Made by a program: the position numbers and the translations under genes. A stretch of 64,000 nt of DNA from Xylographa opegraphella. Taxonomy: Eukaryota. Shown in pieces: positions 1 to 12,706 of the stretch (positions are counted from its first letter, which is position 1; every line of letters begins with the position of its first letter). The stretch lies in the NCBI GenBank assembly GCA_022813865.1, contig JALDZX010000004.1, forward strand, positions 1-64,000, written 5' to 3'. The notes beneath the pieces are model-generated. The model was not told the DNA's origin, made no database searches, and saw only the letters and a program-made list of their open reading frames with translations.

Positions 1-516
1 GCCGGGTCTACGGCGGCCCGAGCTCTCGCTGTCCTGCAGGCAGGACGGGACTCTATTCTCAACAGTATATTGGGTTAGCAGAATTTATACCAAGCAAGCT
101 CTATGTTTGCATGTGCCTTGCCATATTCTACGAGATATTGTAAAAACCACGATGCGCTTCGCACTGGAGTAAACTAGGTCTTATAACCACCCCGTCACCT
201 CCATTACTATCTATCTGGCCGCTTGTCAACTTTGAACCAACCGCAATGACAACTTGTCCCTAAATCCAGTCTCAAGTCTTTCAATGAAATGAGCGACGTG
301 AAGCGTCACTCCATGTCGTGTCTGCCTTCGTTATGTAAGCGCCACAATGCAGCCTCGTGGGCAGCGCCTACGACCACCACTATATAATCTCCTCACGATC
401 AATTCTTCGACATCTAATTCCGTTCTGTCGGCCTTTAGCTCGCAGCACTTGCGACAATATGCCGACCGAGTCACACGAATTGCACTTGCCATAAGATCGC
501 TTGCGAGCCTCTACTC

Positions 517-3158
517 ATGGCTTTGATACGCCTCTTGCAGCGCGAAGCGGACGGCGAGATCGTCTTTCGCGAAACGACCAGCGGCGACGTCCCGCCTACG
601 CAATACTCTCTCACACTTGGGGAAAGGACGAGGTTGGCTTTCAAGAAGTAGAAGCCGGCATAGGGAAGGACAAGGCTGGGTGGGAGAAAATACAATTCTG
701 TGCGAAGCAGGCCGCCGCTGATGGACTACAATACTTCTGGGTTGACACCTGTTGCATCGATAAGAAGAATGCGGTCGAGCTTGGCGCGGCGATTAATTCC
801 ATGTTTCGGTGGTATCAGAACGCTGCGCGTTGCTACGTTTACCTTTCGGATGTCTCGAAACCCGACACCAGAGCGGATATCCAGAGGGAATGGGAAGAGG
901 CGTTCAGAGAGAGTCGATGGTTTACGCGAGGCTGGACACTTCAAGAACTTATCGCGCCAAAACTGGTTGACTTTTTCAGTCTAGAGAATGAGCGACTTGG
1001 AAGCAAATTATCACTCGAGTCCAAGATATACGAGATCACCGGCATTGAAAAGAATGCTCTCCGAGGCGAAGCACTATCGAATTTCAGCATTAAAAAGAGG
1101 AGGTCCTGGGCAGAGCGTCGCAATACTACGGTTGAAGAGGATGCAGCGTATTGCTTGATCGGGATCTTCGATGTTTCCATGGTACCAAACTATGGGGAGA
1201 CAAGGGACCAAGCATTCAGGCGGCTGGAGGAAGAAATCCACAAATTATATAAGGGTAAGCTTTTTATTTACCTTTCTCTGCAAGAAGTAATAGAATTGAC
1301 CGGCACAGGTGTCGATTTCGAATTGTTTGCTGTAGGGCTCAACCTCGCGTCATTACCTGAAGCTGCACAGTTTGTTGCCAGAGAGAAGGAGCTGTCGAAT
1401 GTGCACGAGCTGCTTTATGGTCATAGTAATCGAACCTGTGTTGTCCTACATGGTCTCGGTGGAATCGGAAAGACTCAGCTCGCGATAGAATACGTCAGGC
1501 GACATAAGGAAAGATACACGGCGATATTCTGGTTGAATGCGAACGATTCGAATTCTCTTAGACTTAGTTTTCGAGACGTCGCTCAACAGATATTGAAATA
1601 TCACCCTTCGACTAGCCTGCTTGCTGGCGTAGACTTAAACGACCTCGACCAAGTAGTATACGCGGTCAAGGCCTGGCTTGATCTACAGAAAAATACGCGC
1701 TGGCTGATGATCTATGACAATTATGATAACCCCAAGGCATCTGGTAACCTCGACCGCTCGGCAGTTAATATACGACAATATTTTCCCCAGTCTAATCAGG
1801 GCTCAATCATCATCACGACGCGATCTTCGCGAGTCAGCCAAGGTCGTCGTGTTTATATTCAAAAGTTGCTAGATATTAAAGAAAGCCTTGAGATTTTGTC
1901 GAATATGTCAGGGCGGGAGGATATTGCAGAAGGTATATAATCTATTATATACTTTTTAGATAACACTAACAAGATAGACCCTAGCGCCGTAGAGCTTGTT
2001 AAAGAACTAGACGGCCTGCCTCTTGCTCTGTCCACAGCAGGTGCATATCTGGAGCACGTGCCGATAGCATTGTCGGATTATCTTGGGTTCTATAAAACGT
2101 CGTGGTTGAAGCTCCAGACCACGAGCCCACAACTAGAGTCCTACGAAGATCGCTCATTATATACAACATGGCAAATCACGTTCGATCGGATCCAACAACA
2201 AAACCCGGCGTCGGCGAACTTGCTTAAGCTATGGGCATATTTTGATCGACAGGATATATGGTTCGAACTTCTTCGACATGCAAATTACGCAGACAATAAA
2301 TGGATACAGCGGCTTATCGGAGACGAACTAAACTTTAATGAAGCTGCTGCGCTGCTCTGTAGCTTCGGTTTGGTTGATATAAATCGATCTCTTGAACAGC
2401 AGTTCGGGTCTGGAGGGTATAGCATGCACAGTTGTGTGCACTCATGGACAGAATTTGTGCTTAACAAAAAGTGGGACAATGGTCTTGCACGGCTGGCGTT
2501 ACGTTGCGTCGCTTCAAAGGTTCCCATGAGAGACGAAACAGACTCGTGGATATTACAACGGCGGCTGCTGCTGCATGCTGTCAGGCAAGAGCAGGCCATA
2601 CTTGAAGATAAGGTGGATATAAAGGGAATGGAATTGACTTTGAATAGCCTAGGCATGCTTTACGCCGACCAAGGCAAGCTGGCGAAGGCGGAGGTAATGT
2701 ACACTCGAGCGCTGCAAGGCTACAAGGAGGCACTTGGACCGAAACACATATCGACACTTAGTACGGTCAACAATTTAGGCAATCTTTATAAAGATCAAGG
2801 CAAGCTGGCGGAGGCGGAGGCAATGTACACTCGAGCGCTGCAAGGCTACGAGCACGCTCTTGGTTCTGAACTTCTGCGCTTATATTTACCAGCATTGAAT
2901 ACTATGTTTGCTTTTGGCGACCTCTGCTCGCGGACAGGTCGGAAAGACAAGGCGAAGGGGATGTATACTCGGGCATTGTCTGGATACACAACCGTCCAAG
3001 GGCCTTCCTCGAAATTGTGTAGGCAACTTGAAGATCGGCTTCAGGCGTTGCAAATTGCGTCTGCTGAGATAAAAATAGGTCAAGATGAATTTACGGAGCC
3101 TAGAGCAGTAAAGTCGAGGTCTTTTAAGCGGAAATTTCATAAATTGGAAGGCGGCTGA
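517..3158 (+). CDS. Fungal NLR, HET - NB-ARC - TPR architecture; frameshifted near the 5' end as given (pseudogene or sequence error)
   Basis: HET motifs YAILSHTW, YFWVDTCCIDK, AINSMFRWY, SRWFTRGWTLQEL; P-loop GLGGIGKT, Walker B WLMIYDNYD, IIITTR, GLPLAL; TPR units LYADQGKLAKAEVMYTRALQG / LYKDQGKLAEAEAMYTRALQG. Introns 1255-1308 and 1933-1977. The natural start ATG517 (MALIRLLQ...) is out of frame with the body. Confidence 0.92.
2670..2849 (+). repeat. 126-bp-period TPR-encoding repeat, two highly similar units
   Basis: 2670-2723 and 2796-2849 match at 52 of 54 nt; spacing 126 nt = 42 codons. Confidence 0.9.
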
Positions 3159-4078
3159 ATATTGGATAAGCTATACAATTTTACTATTTAATTTCTGGTC
3201 TATAATCGAGCACAGCCTTGTAGAGTATCTCGTGATTGTGCCAAAGCAGGTGCCCCAGGGTGTATACTAAGCTTACTTATCACGAAGTCTGGTAGGTCAA
3301 ATACGGCATAGCGTAAACGCTGCTATACGTTTTGTCCATTGACGCGCATAAGACGCCACCTCGTCCTAATCGGCGAAACTTTCTTATGCCAGCCATACGA
3401 GGCTTACTCTTTTTAAATACCTGGTGCGGCCCTTATTTGATATTGCGCTTTAGTATCAGGCCCCCGAAATTTAAATAACTGGCGATGTCTATAGTATATA
3501 GCAGGGGGTTAAATCTCGAATATCAAATCTTACGATAAACAAATCGACGATAACAACGACTAAGACGTTCAGGATTTAAATTTAATATAAGGATCCTATA
3601 GATAAACTACTAAAGAATCATCGGACGTTATATATAAAACGGCAAACTAATGAGGAAGCGTATAAAATGGAATCTTCGATTTTTCGTCTCGTGACACCGT
3701 GCGTCTCGGCACGAAGGGAAGCACGTTACAGCACCTTCGACATTCGAAGTGTGCGCATGCCGCGCGTCACCACGGAACCTAGTCTGGATTGACCATGTAA
3801 ACTGAGGATCACGACAGCCACTTCGAACAACTGCTTCGAAGGCTCCGAAAATGCTCAAGCCCTTGTTCTCTACCTTCAAAGCACAGAGACAAGCTCAGGA
3901 AACAAGCGTCAGCCGATTGTTCCAGTTGGCAGTTGTGGATTCCTGACTACGAACTCCAACATTGCGGCTGTGCAGTAACGCCAAGTTGCCAGTTTTTTGA
4001 AAACTATACCCTCTGAACATAAACCATACCGCGGGAATCGATGTGATTTCTTTCCTAGCAGACGAGTGAAGATCCACA

Positions 4079-5440
4079 ATGAACGGTATTCAGAAGGGTT
4101 CTGCCAAAAGCAGACATCATAGACGCAATCCCACGATACCGTTCCAACAGACCTCACGACAAAAGCCAAGAAGGTACTTCAATACGGATTGCACCAAAAA
4201 GTTTCTACTCACTATATCAACAGATGGCCACTTGCCCTTCGCTTCATCAAAGGCGCAATCCATGGCGCCATTATTTTGCCAGTGCTTCTGCATGCACTGT
4301 TCGCGGCTGTAATTGTCTTTATTGACATACATCTTGACGGGCACCTCGGGCTCCCTCCAAGCATTGTACGCCATTCACGCTTTGCTTGAATTATCGTTTA
4401 CCTGCAGAGACTGACATTGATCTTTCGGTCTCCAGATTCCCAGTCTGTCCATCGTTGTTGGTCTCATGCTTGTAATAGATCCCCCAACCACACAATCTAT
4501 AGAATATATTTTTGACTCTCCCCGCCAGGTATTCCGCAATCAAGCTTCATACAACCGCTTTTGGGAAGGACGAAATCATCTTACTGTGATGATAACTTCC
4601 GTTCGAAACCTTACGCGTATGATGCTCACCTGCAGCTTCAATGGGGACAAAGACGAAAGTGCCACTCGTCTGTCCGACCGTGCAGAAACTGAACGTGCTG
4701 TCAAGATTTTGATGGCCATTCTGTTTGCTACGAAGAACCATTTGAGAGCTGAATGGGGTGCATTCCCGGGCGTGGGTTTCGATACAGTCACTGGCGACCA
4801 GTTTTTCCATGCCGAATACAGCGACCTACTTCCGTCAGGCGTCACGGGGTACGATCATAGAGGCCTAGGTATCCCGTTACAGTTGACCTTTTTCATCGAG
4901 CAATATATCAAGAAAGGATATCAGAGAGGATGGTACCATGCTCCACAAGCCAGTCAGATGACCGTCCAGCTCAACACTTTGGTGGATGCATATGGGAGAA
5001 TGGAGACTATCAGATTAACTTCTGTCCCTATCGCTCATCTGTGAGTAATAAAGATACACCTTCCAATGGCCTTGAGTACTAATATAGCAAACAGGATCCA
5101 CGAAAAGCAAGTCCTTGCGCTCTTCGGCATGTTCCTCCCCTTCGCCATGGTCACTGAAATGGGATGGTGGGCTATCCCGCTGACCACGTTCGTCGTCTTC
5201 ACTTTGTACGGAATCGACGGCATTGCCGGTCAGCTCGAAGACCCTTTCGGTAATAACAGGAACGATATCAACATGGCTGCCATCGTCGAGGACATCCGAT
5301 CCGAGATCTTGGTACTTGTGGATGAGTGGAAGAGAGTGGGCGAGCAGAACGACGAGTCACAATGGTTCATGGCGACTTATGGTGGAGGTAGTCCGCCCGG
5401 CCGCATCCCTACGTTTAGAGTTGTGAGCTTCGAGGACTAG
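4079..5440 (+). CDS. UPF0187/bestrophin-like (YneE/VCCN-type) anion channel
   Basis: Spliced product contains SIVVGLMLVFRNQASYNRFWEGR, METIRLTSVPIAHLIH, GIDGIAGQLEDPFGNNRNDI; introns 4174-4223, 4366-4435, 4472-4528, 5041-5094. Confidence 0.88.
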
Positions 5441-6082
5441 GACGTCGTCTCTAACCCCCCTATTTTGGGAGGGTAATTGGTGTTGGATAAGCAAGGCGTT
5501 GGTGGTGATTGCCGTTACTTGTAACATTTTTAACGTTCCCCAGAGAGGACCATGCCTAGCTACCTTATCTATCATTCACTATATGGCTGTCTGCACATCT
5601 CTGCTTAATGTTCTGGACTTTGTATCTGTATTCCGTAGTCGCGCTACTAACTACCTGAGCCTGCATGCTGCCACAGATCGCCCTTTAGGAATCAGGACTG
5701 GGATACTGGGCTTAGACTGTGGAGCTGCCATACCGTAGGTTCGGAGGTTCGTTGTATCTACAAGAACTTGGAACTCCTGCCGTCGGAGGACGGAGGCATG
5801 GCAAGATGAAGTCGATAACGGTCCAGGCTCGCGCTCTGCGTCCGGCTTCGCCCTGCTTCTTTCCTGCTCCTCCGAATATTCGCAGTTGGACGGAAGCATG
5901 GGTGTATATTCATCGTAGAGCGGATAAACATGCTCGGTTCGATTTATTGGTTTCAATTCGAAGTTCCCGGAGATGCTCATACCGGCTGCCCGAGCAATCC
6001 GGAACCAGATCTATCCGTATACCCGGAACCCGTACATGGCGGAGATATAATTTTACAAACTCAGTGCGCTGAACAAGCCATC

Positions 6083-7945
6083 CTACCGTCTTCCCAGCTT
6101 CCACTTCCCAATCCGCTCCTGTATCTCCCCCCACCCAAACTCTCGCCTGCGGCCGGAATCATCCTCTCCTTCCTGCAGAACGACAGTCGGCGCTCCGCTT
6201 CCGCCACCCACATTCCTGACCCCTCCGCTCACAACCTCCTTCGCCACCCTGCGCAAGTCTTTAACAGTCAATGCGTCGATCTTGGCGCACATTTCCTTGA
6301 CGCCGACTTTCCGCCCCTGGACCTGTACCTGCCGACCCAGGTCTTCCAGCTCCACCATTCGGGACTCGAGATTCATCAGTAGAGAGCTCTTGAGTTGATT
6401 TTTCGCCCGCTGGACTTCTCCCTCCTGCAAGGCCGAGAAGCCGGTATCGAGCGTCAGATTGTGGAGCTCGCGACACATGACGTCAAGCATGTTGGTGATG
6501 CGGGACGGAGAGCACGAGGCCGCGATGCCGAAGACGCCGGAGTCGGTGTAGCTGTGGTTGAAGGAGATGCAGGACTCGACCCAACCGTGCTGGTTGAGAA
6601 CGTGGGTGTACAGGCGAGAATACATGCCTTTGCCAGGGCCACCGGCGGAGAAGGAGCCGCCACCTCCAAGGAGTGTTTGAAGCGTTGCCAGCGCGTAGAT
6701 ATTTGGTGACGATATAGGGAGCGCTTCGAAGGCGAGATGGATATGGGAGAGTATAGGGTGATTTGGATTAGGCGGAGGAGGGAGGGCTGGTAGGGCGAGA
6801 AAGCCGCCGGTATAGTGAGATGAGAGCGTCAAAGTCTGTGGCAAGGAGTAGGACGATGGAAGCGGGGAGATGGAAGCTTGGGTTGGAGCAGCGGTTGATA
6901 GATTTTTGAAGAAGGGTATCTTGGAAAGCAGTTTCGAGGTTTGAGGTGGTGATGATGGAGGTGATGACGATGGTGTACTCGGAGCGCTGTACGAGGATGT
7001 CGGTGTAGATGGTGTTGAGTTCGTGTCAGATCCAGAGGTGAAGGAGGTGTCCAGGCCTGTACCTGAGAGAACTGTGCTATCGTGTCTTTGCATGTCGCCA
7101 AAGAATTTCTCTGTCAGTCTCAAAGCGGACTCGTGGTCCACACCAGCGAAAGCCACAACCAGCCGTTCTGGTCTGAAGAATGTCTCCCGGTATCTTTCGA
7201 CGACCTTCTTATTGATAAACTGCAATCGTTCCTGAGGGCAGAGAAGCGGATTTCCGAGCGTATTGTCCTTGTATGCGGCCATATGAACCAATTCGGGAAG
7301 TATGAGCTCCGGTTTTGACCATATCTCTCCAATCTCGTACGCTGCAGTCTCTAATTGTTGCTCGACCTCCGTTTCGGTAATAAGCGGATGCCGGATTGTT
7401 TCTGATAAGAGACCCAGAGTGGTTGGGACGGAAGAGTTGAAGGAAGCAGACTGATACATTATGGATTCCCGAGACGATGCGCATTGAATATTTCCGCCCA
7501 ACGACTCCAAGGACTCTAGCATCTCATTTGACGACCTTGCACTTGTCGACTAACCTTTCTATCAGCAATGTAAGACGCCATAAGTGCACCAATATACCTT
7601 GAAAGCGAGTCGATCGATGATATGGCTGACGCCGCGGAGCCCTTCATCTTCATAGCGTGATCCGGCGTCGACGTAAACCCCAACACCAGAAAAAGGCCCC
7701 GGGAGGGCTTCGGTCGCTACTCGGATGCCATTTGGTAGGACTGTTATTTGGTCGAATTGGCTTGGGTCCTTGAGAAAATTAGCTGCCTCTCGAGTAGAGT
7801 ACTTGCGAGCGGAAATAAATACCTTCTGCGCCGTGTCAATCGCAGCAGTTGCCAGACGTCTTCTGAATGCCTGCGACGTGATCTGCGCAGACTTTTGGAC
7901 CTTGGGTACGCTGCGCGTAAGCGCTCGGCACGACGCCGGATTCAT
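6083..7945 (-). CDS. MAS2: Mitochondrial processing peptidase alpha subunit (M16 family)
   Basis: Arg/Ala-rich presequence; ITVLPNGIRVATE, AGSRYE...GVSHIIDRLAFK; glycine loop GGGGSFSAGGPGKGMYSRLY; RAKNQLKSSLLMNLESR; two short introns near 7.53-7.60 and 7.77-7.82 kb. Confidence 0.96.
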
Positions 7946-8216
7946 AAGTGCGAGAAAGCAGAGAGATCTTATAAAGGTATGGAGGTTGTAAGAATCAACG
8001 TCAGGGCAAGGGTTTGATGCTCGAGCGATTTTATCTGACGATTTTACCGGAACTTGCCGCCGTAATTCAGCCCTACCACTCGACCTCGATTCTAAAAAGT
8101 CCGAAAGAGCACTCGTTGTTCGACAGCTCTTGAATCTTCAATCACCGCAGAACTTACTACGAAATCCTTCTCCATACCAGTTCTTGTATCAATAGCAATA
8201 CACTCAGACCGTAAAA

Positions 8217-8962
8217 ATGGTGCAACTCGAGGAAGTCGAAGACGAGGAGTTCGATAGAGTCCAAGTTGGCGAGAAAGCCTTCAACGACGACGATGATTTT
8301 ACGGACACAGGTATGTATATCTCTACACCATTCTCTTATATCTCAGAACCGCCCATCTCTTTTGTCTCTACATTGTCTTCAAGTCCTCTCATCAATTCAC
8401 TCCCCAGCCCCTAACTGATTACCCTTTCCTCCTCTTCCGTCCTTCGCCCTTCACAACAATACCCCATCCCCACTAACCCGTCCCAGACTCCGAAATCTCC
8501 AGCGACGACCTTCCCCTCGCCGATCCTTCCGAGACCCTCACGGACCGCCTTCTCGCCCTGCGGGACATGGTGCCCCCTTCCGCTCGACGACGGTTCGCCG
8601 CCGGTTACGACGCTCTCAAGTCCTACACCTGGAGCGGGCTGATGCTCGGCGGCAAGACGATGTGGGTGGTCAGCACGAGCGCACTGCTTTTGGGCGTGCC
8701 GTTCGCGCTGGCGCTGGTGGAGGAGCAGCAGGTGGTGGAGATGGAGAAGGAGCAGCGGATGCGGGAGATGGGGAACGAGGTGAGTTTCGATCAGAGCACT
8801 TGCCCTGTGGCTGTGGAGGAGGTTTGAGGCCGATACTGAGTCGGGGCGGAAAGAAGTTGATACCGAAGAAGACTGGACGCTGATATCTTTTCCTCGTAGC
8901 TAATAACCCCCGGCGCAACCGGCGGCGGCGGCGGCCAGCAGCAAGGCCGGCCGGCACTATAG
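8217..8962 (+). CDS. TOM22: Mitochondrial import receptor Tom22
   Basis: Acidic N-terminus MVQLEEVEDEEF...DDDDFTDTDSEIS, ETLTDRLLALRDMVPP, TM segment WVVSTSALLLGVPFALA; introns 8311-8486 and 8780-8899; stop TAG 8960-8962. Confidence 0.95.
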
Positions 8963-10679
8963 AAATCTGAAAACGCGGAAATCTCGGTGTGGGAGTGGGG
9001 GGGGGGTTGATACCGGTGAAACGGAAATCTGGAAGCAGGACATCTGTACAATAGCTCGCATTTCTCGTCTCTAATCAATGCATCTTCTGTTCATGGGCAA
9101 AAACCCCGTTCGAGGATCTCTTTACACCCTGAAGACGTCTTCCAGCGTCCCGCTCTTCCAACGCCGTCTCGCGCCCTTCACATGAAAAGTCTCACACCCA
9201 CGCTCACCTCCCTGCGTCCCTCCTGCTCCATCATCCACTCATCACCACCTCCCCTCCGCATTCACAAGCACTCATTCCCCCTTTCGCCCCTCCCATATCC
9301 CTCCTTTTTCCCTGGGGAAAGCGCCCCCCTCCCGCTCTTCGCCTCTAGAACCAACTCCCTCGTATCTCGTGCCCTATCCATCCATCCCCCCTCGTCCACG
9401 AACCCTCCATCACTCCCCCCACCCCCATCCGCCGCCCCCCCCGTCTCTCACCGCCCTAGCCCCCCCCAAAGCAATAGACCACCAACCCCAATCCAGCAAC
9501 CATCTCCGCACGCAAATCCCGCGGACGGATCAGCGTGCGGAAGAGGGACGGGGAGGGGGCGATGACGCAGAGAGCGGAAGGAGTGGAGAGAGAGGAAGGG
9601 GATAGATGGTGGAAGGAGGGGGGAGTTGGAAAATCACGGCGGGATGGGGGCGGGGAAGCCAGGCAATGCCGGGAGCGAGAACGGATGTCTTGTGTCCGGT
9701 GGGTGCAATGGGACGGTACCTACCTACACTACAGAAAACATGTATCTGCGACATGCTGATAAAAGGCAGGATGGAGCAATGGAAGGGGGGGTGTAAAGGT
9801 GGCTAGGGCTGGCAGAGGCTAGGTGTTGTTGATTCACTGCAGACGGTGATAATGTGCACGTCGGCGTCAAAGCCCCCACGGTCACCACATCACGCACCAC
9901 GACAACAGCACGATCGGACGAGGCAGCATACTGGAGCGGTTTGGTAGCATTCAGAATCGACTTTGCCGAGCGATTCTCCCATCATAACAAGCGTCAGAGC
10001 GTAGTCGCCGCTTCACGCAGAAAAGCGCAGTAGCAGCAACATGGAGTAGTCCTCCCTCCCTCCCAAATCATCCCAATGATCCAGCTCTTGCTTCCGATCC
10101 AATGCTGATCCAAAGATAGCTAGGACGAAATCGTATCCTATACTCTGCATCCCAGGTGGTCGAAAAGACATCCGAGGAAGTTTTCAGTTCTACTGTTAAC
10201 GATCCCTGCCGTCACAAAGATAGCCAGAAAAGGTTGCAGGCGCTGCAACAAAGGGCACACAGATCCACACAAATGTGTCGTTGTCGGTTCCAGACGGACA
10301 AAAAAAACGCCACAGAGAGAAGTCGAGATGGAGAAGCGCTGGGCAGGTGATTGACAAGTATCAGTTAGTTGTCATCCGAGGCCCGGCGCAAGCAAATATT
10401 AAGAGCAATTTCGGGGTGAAAGCAGACGCTGGGCAGATGATCGCAAGGCAAAGCTATGATGGACAATCCAGGACCCCTTTTCCACGATTCCCGTTAGAAT
10501 GTGGTCGTATGTACTGATCAGAAGTCTCTCCGAAACGCCGGATGGCCGTTACACAAGGAAAAGTTGAGTTGATGAAACACGTTCTTGATGTCAGGCTGGA
10601 GGATGATTGCGATGACGTGTGCAGTGGTGCAATTCTGCAATTCAGGAGCAGTAGTGCAAATATGTACGGCGCAGAGGCT

Positions 10680-12706
10680 TTACATGGCCCCATTAGCAGG
10701 GCCGAGATTTGAAGGGTCAACGGTGTCGAAGTGGACCATACTCTGCAAATCGAAGTCGTTATTGGAAGGCTCGTCGTTCAGGTGCATCTCAAGGTTTGTA
10801 TCCTCAATAGCAGCTGGTCGGAGCGGTAGGGCCATGCTCTGCTTCGAATACATGTCGCTTAGCATAGAGTCTTCATCCAGGATGCCGGACTGGTGATCTG
10901 ACCCCATCGAGAGGAAGTCTGCAGAAGCACTACGATGCATGTTCGACAGCTGAGGCGACTGATCGGCGATGACGGGATCCCCATGGCTCATGGCAGAAAC
11001 CGGAGACACAGGTTGTTGAGTCAGGTGATTGTGCTCCAGCATTGGCGAGAGGAAGGCTACGGTGTAGCCGTGACCCATGCTATCAACTGGCATATGAGCC
11101 ATATGTGCACCAGGGGCGAAGAATGACGGACTTGCGTAGTCCGATGGCGAAGTGGTGGTCGCAGCGGACATTGGATACTGGCGAAAGTCCAAGCCATAGC
11201 TAGCCGACGTATCGATGCGCAAGTCGTCGTGGATGTCCGACGAATCACCGCCAGTGGTTGGCAGATAGGGCTCACGGCAAGCGGCCTGATGATACACCGG
11301 AATAGGGGCGAAAATATTGTCGTTCATCATGGTTGCTGATGGATGCTGTACGTGAAAGGAGGGCGTTGGATGACGCAACCCGGAAATATCGAACGCTGCT
11401 GGGACAGAACGACTCCGAGTTCGTTTGTGTCCTCTCATGTGAGGGTTCAGATTCATTCCGAAACCATCGAATTCCTTGAAGTGGTTAAGCGGAGGAGGAC
11501 CCATATTGGTCGGCTGTGAAGCCGGACGATCAAGAACAGGGGAGATCGGGGCAGATGGTGCGATTGCATTGAGGTTCCGGGCAGAGGGCGCTGCTGGGTT
11601 GAAGTCCCGGGCAGGTGGCACCATGGCACCGAGGTCGAACCAAGGGTTCAGACGGTTCTGGAAAGACTCTAAGACGGTCAATTTCGCCAGTTGACTGCTC
11701 AACTTTGCCGGGTCCCCGCCAAGGTAGTGGGTCATGACCTGTGACGCTTGCTGGTCCTCTGTGAAGTCACCGCACTGATAGAAGCCGTTGCAGCTGGTGG
11801 AATCCATGTAGAAGTTGGGACGACGGTTGAGCTCCACAATCAGACCCGGTGGTCGCGTGCCCGTTCCTTCAGCTCGGCTGTTATCGAGGGTAATGTTCTT
11901 GATGTATGAGAATGGGAACTCGATCTTGTAGCCAGAGGATTCATTGTTGATGTAGTAAGTCAAGCATGGCCTCTCTCCGACCGAATAGAACACTACGAGA
12001 TCCATAGCATTCTGACCAATGCGGCGCCAGGTCCCAATGCTCAGGTTTTTACAGTCGAAGTGGTGGATCACTTCTGGTCATCAGCGAGGCCTCGCAAGAC
12101 ATACAGGCACGTCTACTCACCAACTTTCTGAGGGTTCAAGCTCTCGCCTCCCATGAACATGCTAGCCCCGTTGCCATACGTGGGCATGCTTCCGGCGGAC
12201 TGCGCCAGGAAATTACGTGCTAGGGGTTTCCCGGAGTCGAATGCTTGAGCCGCGAGGTAGCTGCGGTACGACTCTGGAATCTGATCACAGTCCTCCCCTG
12301 TCTCAATCGACTTTTTGGCTATCAGCTTGATCTTCGCGCGCCTGTGACGACGTTGTCAGTCAATCACGTTCTTTACATCTCGGAGAAGCCCTGTTGTGTG
12401 GTCTTACCTATTCTGGAACCAGATCTGGACCGAGCGCTCGGTCATGTTGATATCTGCAGCAATTCTCTCGCGAACGGCAGCGGTCGGCGTCGGGTTGCTG
12501 ATAAACTCCACTTCCAACGTGTTCAATTGATCTTGGGTGGCGCGCTGCCTCTTCTGATTTTTCTGCTGCTGGGTCAACGTGCTCTTTCGAGGAGGTCTAC
12601 GTGATGCAGAGACTGATGGAGTGGTGGCCGAACCCGTAGGGGCCGGGGTGGGTGAGGTTGAAGATGTCGACGACGACATATTGTCAGGCATCATGGCATA
12701 GTCCAT
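10680..12706 (-). CDS. Homeobox transcription factor (HOY1/Phx1-like)
   Basis: Homeodomain [18 protein letters not shown]...[27 protein letters not shown] split by an intron near 12.34-12.41 kb; conserved downstream domain [21 protein letters not shown]...GYKIEFPF...DFTEDQQAS. Start codon uncertain among several nearby ATGs. Confidence 0.9.

Noticed and set aside
501..593. ORF-track N-terminus MRASTHGFDTPLAARSGRR of the NLR
   Set aside because: It starts at TTG and does not resemble HET starts; the ATG517 frame does.
5651..5980. 109-aa minus-strand ORF just downstream of MAS2
   Set aside because: No recognisable motif, and too close to the MAS2 stop to have its own promoter; probably 3' UTR.
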